A DNA stretch of 64,000 nucleotides from Bacillales bacterium. GTDB lineage: Bacteria > Bacillota_I > Bacilli_A > RFN20 > CAG-826. The notes beneath the pieces are model-generated. The model worked only from the letters and a program-made list of their open reading frames with translations. It was not told where the DNA came from and ran no database searches. Shown piece by piece: positions 20,026-29,242 of the stretch. Location: positions 1,276 through 65,275 of the forward strand of contig JBQMZB010000002.1 in assembly GCA_052171195.1 (NCBI GenBank), written 5' to 3'. Both the position numbers and the translations under genes were made by a program. How positions within the stretch are numbered: position 1 is the first letter of the stretch; every line of letters starts with the position of its first letter.

Positions 20026-21114
20026 ATGGATTTTTTATCTTTGATAAAACTTATAATTACAAATCCCGCTTTATTTATAACAACAATCTCTATTATAGGA
20101 GTGATTTTTATTAACGGATGGACTGATGCTCCAAACGCAATTGCAACCGCAATTTCCACAAGAGCAATTAAACCTAAAAACGCTATTATTATGGCTTCTA
20201 TTTTTAATTTTTTAGGTGTTTTAGTTATGTTTTTTATAAGTAAGGCGGTTAGTGAAACTATTTTCAATATAGTAGATTTTAAAGAAAATTATAATGTTGC
20301 CTTAGTCTCTTTATGTTCAGGAATGATAGGAGTAGTTTTGTGGGGTATTTTAGCGTGGGCGTTTGGAATTCCTAGCAGTGAATCGCATGCTTTAATAGCT
20401 GGAATAACTGGAGCAGGACTTGCAGCCAAAGTATTAGGATATAAAGATATAGAAGTTAAATTTTCTATTAATTCACCTTGGACATTTGTTCTTTATGGTT
20501 TATTTTTAGGGTGTATATTTGGTTTTGTAGTCGGTTTTCTCTTTAATAAATTATTAGTACTTATTTGTTATAAAATGAATAGAAATAAGACAAAAAAATT
20601 CTTTAAATGGGCTGAAATTGTAAGTGGAGGTGCCATGGCTTTTGTGCATGGAGCCCAAGATGGATTAAAATTTATTGGTGTTTTTTTCTTAGCTTTAGAA
20701 TTAACAAATAAAATGAACGGGAATCCTTCATTAAATTTAACTAACACTAATTCATTTTGGTATTTGGCTTTAATTGTTTCCTTAATTATGGGAGTAGGTA
20801 CTTCTATTGGAGGATATAAAATTATTAAAAAAGTTGGAATGAGTATGGCGAGATTAGATTTACATGAAGGCTTTTTAACTGATGCTGTAAGTGCATTAGG
20901 TATATTCTTAGCTACATTTTTTGGAATTCCAGTTTCTACAACTCAAGTAAAAACTTTTTCAATCTTAGGAGTTGGTTCTACCAAAGGATTAAATAAGGTT
21001 AATTGGAAGATTGGTTTGGAGATGGTTTTAACTTGGATATGTACTTTCCCTGGTGCTGGGTTAGTTGGATTTATTTTAACTTTAATATTTTTAAAATTAT
21101 TAAAATTTGCTTAA
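20026..21114 (+). CDS. pitA: Inorganic phosphate transporter, PiT family
   Basis: GWTDAPNAIATAIST matches the PiT signature (GxxDxxNAIAT) at the N-terminus, repeated in the C-terminal half; 362 aa polytopic. Confidence 0.85.
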   Translation: MDFLSLIKLIITNPALFITTISIIGVIFINGWTDAPNAIATAISTRAIKPKNAIIMASIFNFLGVLVMFFISKAVSETIFNIVDFKENYNVALVSLCSGMIGVVLWGILAWAFGIPSSESHALIAGITGAGLAAKVLGYKDIEVKFSINSPWTFVLYGLFLGCIFGFVVGFLFNKLLVLICYKMNRNKTKKFFKWAEIVSGGAMAFVHGAQDGLKFIGVFFLALELTNKMNGNPSLNLTNTNSFWYLALIVSLIMGVGTSIGGYKIIKKVGMSMARLDLHEGFLTDAVSALGIFLATFFGIPVSTTQVKTFSILGVGSTKGLNKVNWKIGLEMVLTWICTFPGAGLVGFILTLIFLKLLKFA

Positions 21115-21129
21115 AAATAGGAGGAATCT

Positions 21130-21762
21130 ATGTTTAATAAAAAGAAAAAAATGAATTACTTTTATCAATGCTTTATTGATTTATTTGAATATTCAATAAA
21201 ATCATTTGATATTTTAAAAACTGATTTGGAAGCATTTAATAAAGATAGTAATCTTTTAGATTTAAAAGAAAAAGTCCATAGTTTAGAGCATGAAGCTGAT
21301 TTAAAAAAAGATAATTTTGAAGAAATTCTTGCTAAAGAATTTATTACTCCAATTGAAAGAGCAGACATCTTTATTTTATTAGATTTAATTGATGATTTAA
21401 TTGATTCAATTGATGATATCGCATATAAAATATATATAAAAAATTATCTTCAACTACCAAAACAAACTAATTTATTTTTAGAAAAATGTTATATTTGTTT
21501 ACAAGATACTTTTAAAGTTTTTAATAATTTTAATAATATTGATAAGAAAGATATAATCACACCTTTAATAAATAAAGTTAAAGAAGATGAATCTAATATG
21601 GATATATTATATGAACAAGCTATACATGAATTATATAGAAATAATGAAGATTTAAGAACTGTTTTACTTTATGAAGATCTTTTATCAAGTTTAGAAATTG
21701 TTACAGATAAATGTAGAGATATTTGCAAAGAAGTATTAATTATTTTATATAAAAACTTATAA
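21130..21762 (+). CDS. Pit accessory protein (DUF47/PhoU-like)
   Basis: 210 aa helical protein immediately downstream of pitA with RBS GGAGGA; conserved pairing. Confidence 0.65.
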   Translation: MFNKKKKMNYFYQCFIDLFEYSIKSFDILKTDLEAFNKDSNLLDLKEKVHSLEHEADLKKDNFEEILAKEFITPIERADIFILLDLIDDLIDSIDDIAYKIYIKNYLQLPKQTNLFLEKCYICLQDTFKVFNNFNNIDKKDIITPLINKVKEDESNMDILYEQAIHELYRNNEDLRTVLLYEDLLSSLEIVTDKCRDICKEVLIILYKNL

Positions 21763-21772
21763 TATTTATTAT

Positions 21773-22303
21773 ATGAAAAAATTTAAACCTATAATTTTAA
21801 AGTTAAAAGATAATTCATATCCAAAAAGAAAGATATTATATGAAAGACTAATTGTTCGGGCTATTATAATTAAGGATGATAAATTAGTTTTTACTAAATA
21901 TCATAGAGATGATATTTTTGCCAACGGAAGTTTTATTGAAACTTGTGGAGGTGGAGTAGAAACTAATGAATATTTAATAGATGCTTTAAAAAGAGAGATT
22001 CAAGAAGAACTTGGCTATAAAATTGAAGTTATTTGTTTATTAGGATTAATAAATGATTATTATAATTTAATTAATAGGAAAAATATTATTTATTATTATT
22101 TAGTTAGAGTTATTTCTAAAACTAACTCTAATAGATTAGAACATGAAATAAGATATGATCTAAAAGAACAAACATTAACTTATGAAGAAGCATTAAATGA
22201 ATATGAAATTAGAAAAGAAGATAAATATGGTTCTTTACTATATCAAAGAGAAATACCCATATTAAAAAAATATAAGGAATATATAAATAAATCGATTAAT
22301 TAA
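21773..22303 (+). CDS. NUDIX hydrolase
   Basis: Nudix box GGGVETNEYLIDALKREIQEELG (Gx5Ex7REuxEExGu). Confidence 0.65.
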   Translation: MKKFKPIILKLKDNSYPKRKILYERLIVRAIIIKDDKLVFTKYHRDDIFANGSFIETCGGGVETNEYLIDALKREIQEELGYKIEVICLLGLINDYYNLINRKNIIYYYLVRVISKTNSNRLEHEIRYDLKEQTLTYEEALNEYEIRKEDKYGSLLYQREIPILKKYKEYINKSIN

Positions 22304-22615
22304 AATATACAATAAAATATAATAATTATTTCTAGATAGGTTAATAATATTTTTAGATAATATTAATGTAGGTATTACTTACCTACCCCCCTTAATAAAA
22401 AATATCCCATGAGGATATTTTTTTATATTTAAAATAAATATTAATTACATTAAATAAGAATTGTATTTCTTAAATAAAATTTAAAATACTTTTAAACTAT
22501 TATCTTATTAATTACATTATTTTTAAATAATAGAAAAATATTGAAAAATTCAACAAATAATTAGTTATAATAATTTATTTTTATGTATAATATATATAAG
22601 AAAGAGATTTTTTTA

Positions 22616-23446
22616 ATGGATTATATTTTATTACGTAATATTTTAATAGAAGAAGGTAACAAATTAAACTTTAACAGTTTACTAGATTTAATTTTAACTT
22701 TTGTGATGTTAGTGTTATTAAATCTTTTTATTATACGCTTTGTAAAAAGACACTCACCAAGAATTATTGCCTTCTTATTATCAATTATTTATTTATTAGC
22801 CTTAATTTATGATATTAAATATCTTTCTAATATCTTAGGAATCTGTTTAATTATTAATTCTCTTATCTCTTTATCTTCAAATTTACCTGAAATTAGAAGT
22901 ATTTTTACAAATAAAGCCAATCCAGAAAAGAAAATTAAACATAACAAAGAAAATCTTGAAATTAAAACATACGATAGAAATTCAATGTATAAAACAATTC
23001 AAGATACTGTTTTATTTTTATCAAAACATAAGATTGGCGCAATCATCACTTTTGAAAGAAGTGATAAATTAGACAACATTATTAAAAATGGAACTACAAT
23101 TAATTGTCCTTTAACATTTGAAATTTTGGTGACAATTTTTTATCCAGGAACTAGACTCCATGATGGCGCAGTTATTATAAGAGATGGAAAAATTCTTGCT
23201 GCATCTGTTTATTATAATCCAACAACTAATCCTCTCCCTGGAAAATATGGTAGCAGACATCGTGCTGCAATAGGGATTAGTGAAATTTGTGACGCTGTTA
23301 CAGTTGTTGTTAGCGAAGAAACTGGAAGAATTTCTATTGCATATGATGGAAATTTAGAATCATATAATCCTGATAATTTTGAAAAAGCATTTAGAAATAT
23401 AATGAACGCTACAGAATCAATTGATATATCAAAAGAAAGAGAATAA
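22616..23446 (+). CDS. cdaA: Diadenylate cyclase CdaA (c-di-AMP synthase), membrane-anchored
   Basis: N-terminal TM helices then a DAC domain: TRLHDGAVIIRDGKI...GSRHRAAIGISEICDAVTVVVSEETGRIS; RBS-supported ATG at 22616 (ORF-track start 22583 is 11 codons upstream). Confidence 0.85.
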   Translation: MDYILLRNILIEEGNKLNFNSLLDLILTFVMLVLLNLFIIRFVKRHSPRIIAFLLSIIYLLALIYDIKYLSNILGICLIINSLISLSSNLPEIRSIFTNKANPEKKIKHNKENLEIKTYDRNSMYKTIQDTVLFLSKHKIGAIITFERSDKLDNIIKNGTTINCPLTFEILVTIFYPGTRLHDGAVIIRDGKILAASVYYNPTTNPLPGKYGSRHRAAIGISEICDAVTVVVSEETGRISIAYDGNLESYNPDNFEKAFRNIMNATESIDISKERE

Positions 23447-23451
23447 AAAGC

Positions 23452-24120
23452 ATGTCTGATGAAAATAAATTTTACGAAGCCCAACCAAAAGTATTTAAAC
23501 TTCAACAATATTATGATTTTATTATTAAAGTCTTATCAATATCGAAAATAGGGTTAGTTTTTTCAAAAGATCCATACGCGATTGATAATTATTTAGAACT
23601 TCAAAATATAGCGATGAAGGAGTTAGAAAACTTTAATAAACTTAAATTTAATCGACCTAATTTTTTTGAAAGAGATATTTATCCAACCCCAAATGTATCA
23701 GTAAGAACTTGTATTTTTGATGAAAATGGAAAAGTTTTACTTGTAAGAGAAAAAGATGAAGGTAAATATTCTCTACCTGGTGGATGGTGCGATCTTTATG
23801 ATTCACCTAGTGAAGCTGCTAAAGCTGAATGTTATCAAGAAGCTGGCGCTAACATAAAAGATTTAAAATTAATCGGAGTAATCAATAGAACACCATTTAA
23901 AAATTTTCCATCTGGAACACCACTTCATAAATCAGTTCCAGAATATGCGATAATTTTTAGAGCAAACCTTGATGGAAAATTAGAAGACCATATGTTTGAA
24001 ACAGATGATGTTGGTTTTTTCTCTATTGATAATTTACCTAAATTTTCTGAAAAAGTTAGTGAAGAAGAAATGATAAGAATCATTACTTCTGCTTATAATA
24101 ATGTTTTAATATTTGATTAA
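23452..24120 (+). CDS. NUDIX hydrolase with N-terminal extension
   Basis: Nudix box GGWCDLYDSPSEAAKAECYQEAG. Confidence 0.65.
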   Translation: MSDENKFYEAQPKVFKLQQYYDFIIKVLSISKIGLVFSKDPYAIDNYLELQNIAMKELENFNKLKFNRPNFFERDIYPTPNVSVRTCIFDENGKVLLVREKDEGKYSLPGGWCDLYDSPSEAAKAECYQEAGANIKDLKLIGVINRTPFKNFPSGTPLHKSVPEYAIIFRANLDGKLEDHMFETDDVGFFSIDNLPKFSEKVSEEEMIRIITSAYNNVLIFD

Positions 24121-24133
24121 TAGGAGGAAAGAA

Positions 24134-24844
24134 ATGTCAAATCATATTAATAACGATGCAAAATTTGCAAAAACTGTATTAATGCCTGGAGATCCTTTAA
24201 GAGCAAAATATATTGCTGAAAATTTCTTAAAAGATTACGAATTAGTTACCAGTGTTAGAGGTATTCTTGGATACACTGGTCATACAAAAGATGGAAAAGA
24301 AATTTCAATTATGGCTAGTGGTATGGGATGTCCTAGCATTGGTATTTATTCCTATGAATTATATAAATTTTATGGAGTAGAAAATATTATTAGAATTGGA
24401 ACTTGCGGTTCATATCAAAAAGAATGTCATGTCGGAGATGTAATTTTAGCTACAAGTGCTTCATCAAATTCTTGCTATGGAAATCAAATTAGCTATAAAA
24501 ATTCACATATGGCACCATGTTCAGATTTCTCTTTATTATTAAAAGCTTATAACAACGCTAATAAATTAAATATGAAAGTACATGTTGGTCCAATCTATAG
24601 CAGTGATGTTTTCTATGATGAAGATCCAGAAACTAATCAACATTTCTCTGATATAGGACTTCTTGGAGTTGAAATGGAATCATATGCTTTATTTATTAAC
24701 GCAATGATATTACATAAAAAAGCTTTATGTATTTTAACTGTCTCTGATTCTTTAATCAGTAAAGATGAAAAAGATTTAACTCAAGAAGAAAGACAAACAG
24801 CCTTAACTAATATGTTTAATTTAGCCTTAACAATGGGTGATTAA
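24134..24844 (+). CDS. deoD: Purine nucleoside phosphorylase, DeoD-type
   Basis: MPGDPLRAKYIAENFL...GMGCPSIGIYS...VEMES; RBS AGGAGGA before the ATG at 24134. Confidence 0.85.
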   Translation: MSNHINNDAKFAKTVLMPGDPLRAKYIAENFLKDYELVTSVRGILGYTGHTKDGKEISIMASGMGCPSIGIYSYELYKFYGVENIIRIGTCGSYQKECHVGDVILATSASSNSCYGNQISYKNSHMAPCSDFSLLLKAYNNANKLNMKVHVGPIYSSDVFYDEDPETNQHFSDIGLLGVEMESYALFINAMILHKKALCILTVSDSLISKDEKDLTQEERQTALTNMFNLALTMGD

Positions 24845-24868
24845 TTAAATTTATAAGTAAATTAGATT

Positions 24869-24900
24869 AAAAGAAAGGGAAGTTTCCCTTTCTTTATTAT
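24869..24900 (+). terminator. Rho-independent terminator after deoD
   Basis: Hairpin AAAGAAAGGGA-AGTT-TCCCTTTCTTT followed by T-rich tail. Confidence 0.55.
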
Positions 24901-24989
24901 TTTTATAAATTAAAATTAATTTATATAGAAAAATAAATTAAAAAAATGGTAAAATATATAAGTCTAAAAATTAATTATGGGAGGGAAAT

Positions 24990-25640
24990 ATGAATAATTT
25001 AGATGATTTAATTAAAATTATTTTTTCAGTAATATCTGTTATACTTGTTCTACTTGTAATCTTTATTATTGTATATCCTTTTATAAAAAAGAAATTATCT
25101 TTTAAATATTTTAAAAGAATATTTTATCATCAAATTTATAAGATAGCTTTATATAAAGACTATCTTTTAATTAATGAATTAGTATTAAAAAATGATGAAG
25201 GTAAAATATGCTCAATAGATCATATTCTTTTTGGTGAAAAATTTATTTATGTTATTAAAGATAGATATTATAGAGGTGCTTTAAGTGGCGAATATAAAGA
25301 TAACATCTGGTTTTTTTATAATAAGAAAAATGTTACAAAAGAAATTCAAAACCCAATGTTATTAAATGAAAAAAGAATTGAAAAACTTGCAAATGTTTTA
25401 CATTATGATAAAGGATTATTCATTTCTATTGTTATAGTTAATAATGATTGCACAGTTAAAAATCTTGATAATTTAAATCAAAATAATTCATATATAGTTA
25501 AGTTAAATAAACTTAAAAAACTTATTAAAAAATTAGAAAAAACTGATATAAGACCAATTAATCAAAAAGAACTTGAAGAAGCTGTTCTTATGATTCATGA
25601 ATTGAAAGGCAAAAAAATTAATGAAGACATCGAAATTTAA
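24990..25640 (+). CDS. Membrane-anchored NERD-domain (nuclease-related) protein
   Basis: N-terminal TM helix; IDHILFGEKFIYVIKDRYY...IWFFY pattern resembling NERD domains. Confidence 0.45.
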   Translation: MNNLDDLIKIIFSVISVILVLLVIFIIVYPFIKKKLSFKYFKRIFYHQIYKIALYKDYLLINELVLKNDEGKICSIDHILFGEKFIYVIKDRYYRGALSGEYKDNIWFFYNKKNVTKEIQNPMLLNEKRIEKLANVLHYDKGLFISIVIVNNDCTVKNLDNLNQNNSYIVKLNKLKKLIKKLEKTDIRPINQKELEEAVLMIHELKGKKINEDIEI

Positions 25641-26817
25641 TGATTTCAAATGTAACATTCAATTTTTATTTAAAGTTTATCAAAACAATTATTCAAGATT
25701 TATTCCAAAATTTGCAATCTACACCTGTATTTTTGTGTTAACTCTTGGATTTAGTTTTTATTCTTTATATCAATTTGTTAATACATATAATTTGTTTTTT
25801 TTCTTTATATATTCTATTTTTAATTTATTTATTATTCCTTTAATTTTAGAATTTTATATTTTAAGAATATTTTCTTTTACCAGTGTTTTATCTACGAATG
25901 ATTATAATGATATTTATGTTCCAAATTTCAATTTAGCTCTTATTAGAGTTATTGGAGCAGGTAAAATTTTTAGTTTAAAATTATTTTATTTCTTTTTATT
26001 TTTAATTTTTGATATATTCTTTGTTATTTTATATGTATATATAATCCCATTTAATAATTATTTAATATTAAATCATTCAATAAATTTTTTAAGTTTATTA
26101 AATAATAAAGAATTAATTATTCAATATTTTAATGCTTATAAAAGTAGTGAAGGTTTTTATCTAACTCATTCTATTAATTATCAACATCTCTATTTTTATA
26201 AAGCAATTATTTTAATTATATATATAATAGATCATCTATTTATTTTAGATTTTTCTAAAGATTCTAAATTAAGTAAATTTAAATTTATTAAAAAAATATT
26301 TCTTATAAGATTTAATGTTATAAAAGAATATTTTTTTGAACATTTTATAGTTATTCTTTTTGCTTTGTTAGCTCCTTTAATAAGTTTTGTATATTTTTAT
26401 GGACTACTTAGAATAAATAATCCTAATTTATCTACCTATGCGATAATGTTTTTATCTAATGTTTTATATTATTTTATAATTTTAAGATTTATTCCTTTAT
26501 TTTTATTTCTAAATAAAGCTTTTCAAATGCGTGCATTTGCAAAAGAGTTAATCATTACTTATAAAAAGAAGAATAAAAATAAAAAAATAAATAAAAATAT
26601 TAATATAAAAGATAATACTTTGGCTCTTCTTACAAAATTTAATAATTCTCCAATTACTTCAAAAGATTATTTTATATCATCACTTTTATATAGTATGGGT
26701 GATTATAACATGTTATTATTAGAAGTTATGATATCTCAAGATATCTTAGATTCATTCAAAATTAAAAATAAAGAAAGAAAAAATGATGATTGTACCGATT
26801 TAATAGAACCTTATTAA
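25621..26817 (+). CDS. Hypothetical polytopic membrane protein (extremely AT-rich, low complexity)
   Basis: 398 aa ORF, many hydrophobic segments, no motif. Confidence 0.35.
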   Translation: MKTSKFNDFKCNIQFLFKVYQNNYSRFIPKFAIYTCIFVLTLGFSFYSLYQFVNTYNLFFFFIYSIFNLFIIPLILEFYILRIFSFTSVLSTNDYNDIYVPNFNLALIRVIGAGKIFSLKLFYFFLFLIFDIFFVILYVYIIPFNNYLILNHSINFLSLLNNKELIIQYFNAYKSSEGFYLTHSINYQHLYFYKAIILIIYIIDHLFILDFSKDSKLSKFKFIKKIFLIRFNVIKEYFFEHFIVILFALLAPLISFVYFYGLLRINNPNLSTYAIMFLSNVLYYFIILRFIPLFLFLNKAFQMRAFAKELIITYKKKNKNKKINKNINIKDNTLALLTKFNNSPITSKDYFISSLLYSMGDYNMLLLEVMISQDILDSFKIKNKERKNDDCTDLIEPY

Positions 26818-26858
26818 TAAAAAAACCTTAACTAAATAGTTAAGGTATGTATGCAGAA

Positions 26859-26932
26859 TGGAGCAGGTGACGGGAATCGAACCCGCGTTCTCACCTTGGC
26901 AAGGTGATGTTCTACCATTGAACCACACCTGC
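26859..26932 (-). tRNA. tRNA-Gly (anticodon GCC)
   Basis: Reverse complement GCAGGTGTGGTTCAATGGTAGAACATCACCTTGCCAAGGTGA...TTCGATTCCCGTCACCTGCTCCA; followed on the minus strand by a hairpin plus T-run terminator at about 26819-26847. Confidence 0.85.
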
Positions 26933-26981
26933 ATGCTTAATTATTATATGTAAATATATTTTTAAAATCAAGGAGTTTTAT

Positions 26982-28640
26982 ATGAATTATTCAAAATTAG
27001 CTAATTTAATATTTCCTAATATTAATTTAACTGTGTTAGATTTAGAAAACAAGTATCCAGCAAGAAATTTAAAAGAAGGAGCAAAAGTTACTAGATTTGC
27101 TCCATCTCCAACTGGTTTTTTACATACTGGATCACTTTTTACCAGTATGATTGCTAAAAAAATAGCGCATGATAGTAAAGGAATTTTCTATACAAGATTA
27201 GAAGATACAGATTCTAAAAGAGAGATTGAAGGAAGCGGAAATCTTTTAATTAAACAATTAAAAGAATTTGATTTATATCCAGATGAAGGATATTTAGGAA
27301 ATAATGAAGAAGGAATTTATGGTCCTTATAAGCAATCTTTTAGAAAAGAAATCTATCAGGTAGTTATTAAAGATATGATAAATAAAGGTATTGCCTATCC
27401 TTGTTTTTTAAGCGAAGAAGATTTAGTTAATTTAAGAAAAAAACAAGAAGAAAATAAAGAAATTACTGGAGTTTATGGAAAATACGCTATTTATAGAGAT
27501 TTAAGTGAAGAAGAATATATTAATTTAATTAATGAAGGTAGACGTTATGTTATAAGATTTAAATCTCAAGGTAATTTTAATAATAAAATTAAAATTAAAG
27601 ATGAAATTAGAGGAGAGCTTGAATTATCTCAAAATGAACAAGATGTTATCATAATGAAATCAGATAAACTACCTACCTATCATTTTGCGCATGTTGTAGA
27701 TGATCATTTTATGCATACTAATTTAGTTACAAGAGGAGAAGAGTGGTTATCTTCATTACCTATTCATCTTGAACTTTTTAAAGCATTAAATTTTAAAGCT
27801 CCAAAATACGCTCATCTTCCTGTTATAATGAAATTAGAAAATAATAATAAAAGAAAATTATCTAAAAGAAAAGACCCAGAAGCAAGTGTTGAATATTTTT
27901 TAAAAGAAGGATATGAACCTCAAGCTTTACTTGTATATTTAATGACTATAGCAAATAGTAATTATGAAGATTTTATTGTTTCAAGTAAAGATTATAATCT
28001 TGATCATTTTAAATTTAATCTTAAAAAGATGAGTTTAGATGGAGCCTTATTTGATAATGAAAAATTAAATTTCTATTCAAAAGAAATTTTATCTAAAATG
28101 GATAAAAAAACTATAAGTAGTAAGGCTTATAAATACGCGAAAGAATATGATAAAAATTTACTTAATTTTATTGAAAAAGATTATTCTAGATTTGAAGAAA
28201 TCATGAATATTGAAAGAGAAAGAAAAAATCCTAGAAAAGATTATGCGAAATATAGTGATATTTATGACGCTATTAAATATTTTGATCATGATATTTATTT
28301 AAAAGAAGTAAAAAAATATTCTTCTTATGAACTTAAAATTAATCAAGAATTAAAAAATAATTTAATTAATGAATATCTTAATATTGTTAAAGATTATTCA
28401 AGTGAACAAGAATGGTTTGAAGATGTTAAAATAGTTGCTTCTAAATTTAATTTCTGTGTAGATAATAAATTATATAAGTTAGATTCATCAAAATATAACG
28501 GAAATATTAATGATGTATGTGAACTTATTCGTGTTGCTATTACCAACCGCAAAGTAAGTTTAAATTTATTTATGATTATGAAGATACTTACTTTAAATGA
28601 AGTAAAAGATAGATTAACTATCTTTCTAAATAATAATTAA
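26982..28640 (+). CDS. gltX: Glutamate--tRNA ligase (class I; long C-terminal anticodon-binding extension)
   Basis: HIGH motif PSPTGFLHTGS, KMSKS motif KLSKRK; 552 aa. Confidence 0.85.
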   Translation: MNYSKLANLIFPNINLTVLDLENKYPARNLKEGAKVTRFAPSPTGFLHTGSLFTSMIAKKIAHDSKGIFYTRLEDTDSKREIEGSGNLLIKQLKEFDLYPDEGYLGNNEEGIYGPYKQSFRKEIYQVVIKDMINKGIAYPCFLSEEDLVNLRKKQEENKEITGVYGKYAIYRDLSEEEYINLINEGRRYVIRFKSQGNFNNKIKIKDEIRGELELSQNEQDVIIMKSDKLPTYHFAHVVDDHFMHTNLVTRGEEWLSSLPIHLELFKALNFKAPKYAHLPVIMKLENNNKRKLSKRKDPEASVEYFLKEGYEPQALLVYLMTIANSNYEDFIVSSKDYNLDHFKFNLKKMSLDGALFDNEKLNFYSKEILSKMDKKTISSKAYKYAKEYDKNLLNFIEKDYSRFEEIMNIERERKNPRKDYAKYSDIYDAIKYFDHDIYLKEVKKYSSYELKINQELKNNLINEYLNIVKDYSSEQEWFEDVKIVASKFNFCVDNKLYKLDSSKYNGNINDVCELIRVAITNRKVSLNLFMIMKILTLNEVKDRLTIFLNNN

Positions 28641-28712
28641 TTATTATTTTAATAATTAATATATAAAATTATATATAGATATTTAATTATATTTTATTTA
28701 TAATTTTATCAT

Positions 28713-28789
28713 GCCTCGTTGGAGAAGCGGCTTAACTCACATCCCTCTCAAGGATGCATTCACGGGTCCGAATCCCGTACGAGGTACCA
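28713..28789 (+). tRNA. tRNA-Glu with CTC anticodon (second Glu isoacceptor; borders the accessory island)
   Basis: Cloverleaf with 3-bp D-stem, closely related to the tRNA-Glu(TTC) at 49037, but the anticodon loop reads CTCTCAA; G1-U72 wobble; CCA encoded. Confidence 0.65.
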
Positions 28790-28928
28790 TTCTTAAGATA
28801 TAAAGATAATACAATAAGTATTGCCTTTTTTTAATTTTTAGCATAATCGTAAAAGTGTAAACGTAAAAAATATCCAGAATCGACAAGTTTATTCGAACTT
28901 TAAATAATATATTCAGGAGGTTCGAATA

Positions 28929-29151
28929 TGGAGAACAATAAATATTTAGAAGAATTCAAGATTGATCTTGTAAAACAGTATCTACAAGGAAAGCAGAAAA
29001 AGATATCTATATAGAATACGGTGTTGCGAAATCTGCAATGTGGGGATGGATATGTAAGTATACAAGCCTTATAGAAAAATCGTAGGATGGTAAAGGCATA
29101 AAAATTACTGAAGAAGAATACATTGACATTTATACCAATATAATTAAACAT
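28929..29151 (+). pseudogene. IS3-family transposase OrfA remnant (frameshifted, truncated)
   Basis: Translates as MENNKYLEEFKIDLVKQYLQGKQKK then, after frameshifts, EYGVAKSAMWGWICKY (HTH of IS3/IS150 OrfA); multiple stops; no OrfB follows. Confidence 0.5.
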
Positions 29152-29242
29152 TTATAAAATAAGCAGGCAGAGTAAAATCTCCCTGCTTTCAAAATGGAAA
29201 ATAATACCGGAAAATGGTATTATATTTTTAGGAGGAAATAAG

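Noticed and set aside
28900-29151. Minus-strand 83 aa ORF across the IS3 remnant
   Set aside because: The plus-strand reading gives a recognisable, though frameshifted, IS3 OrfA helix-turn-helix, so the minus-strand ORF is spurious.
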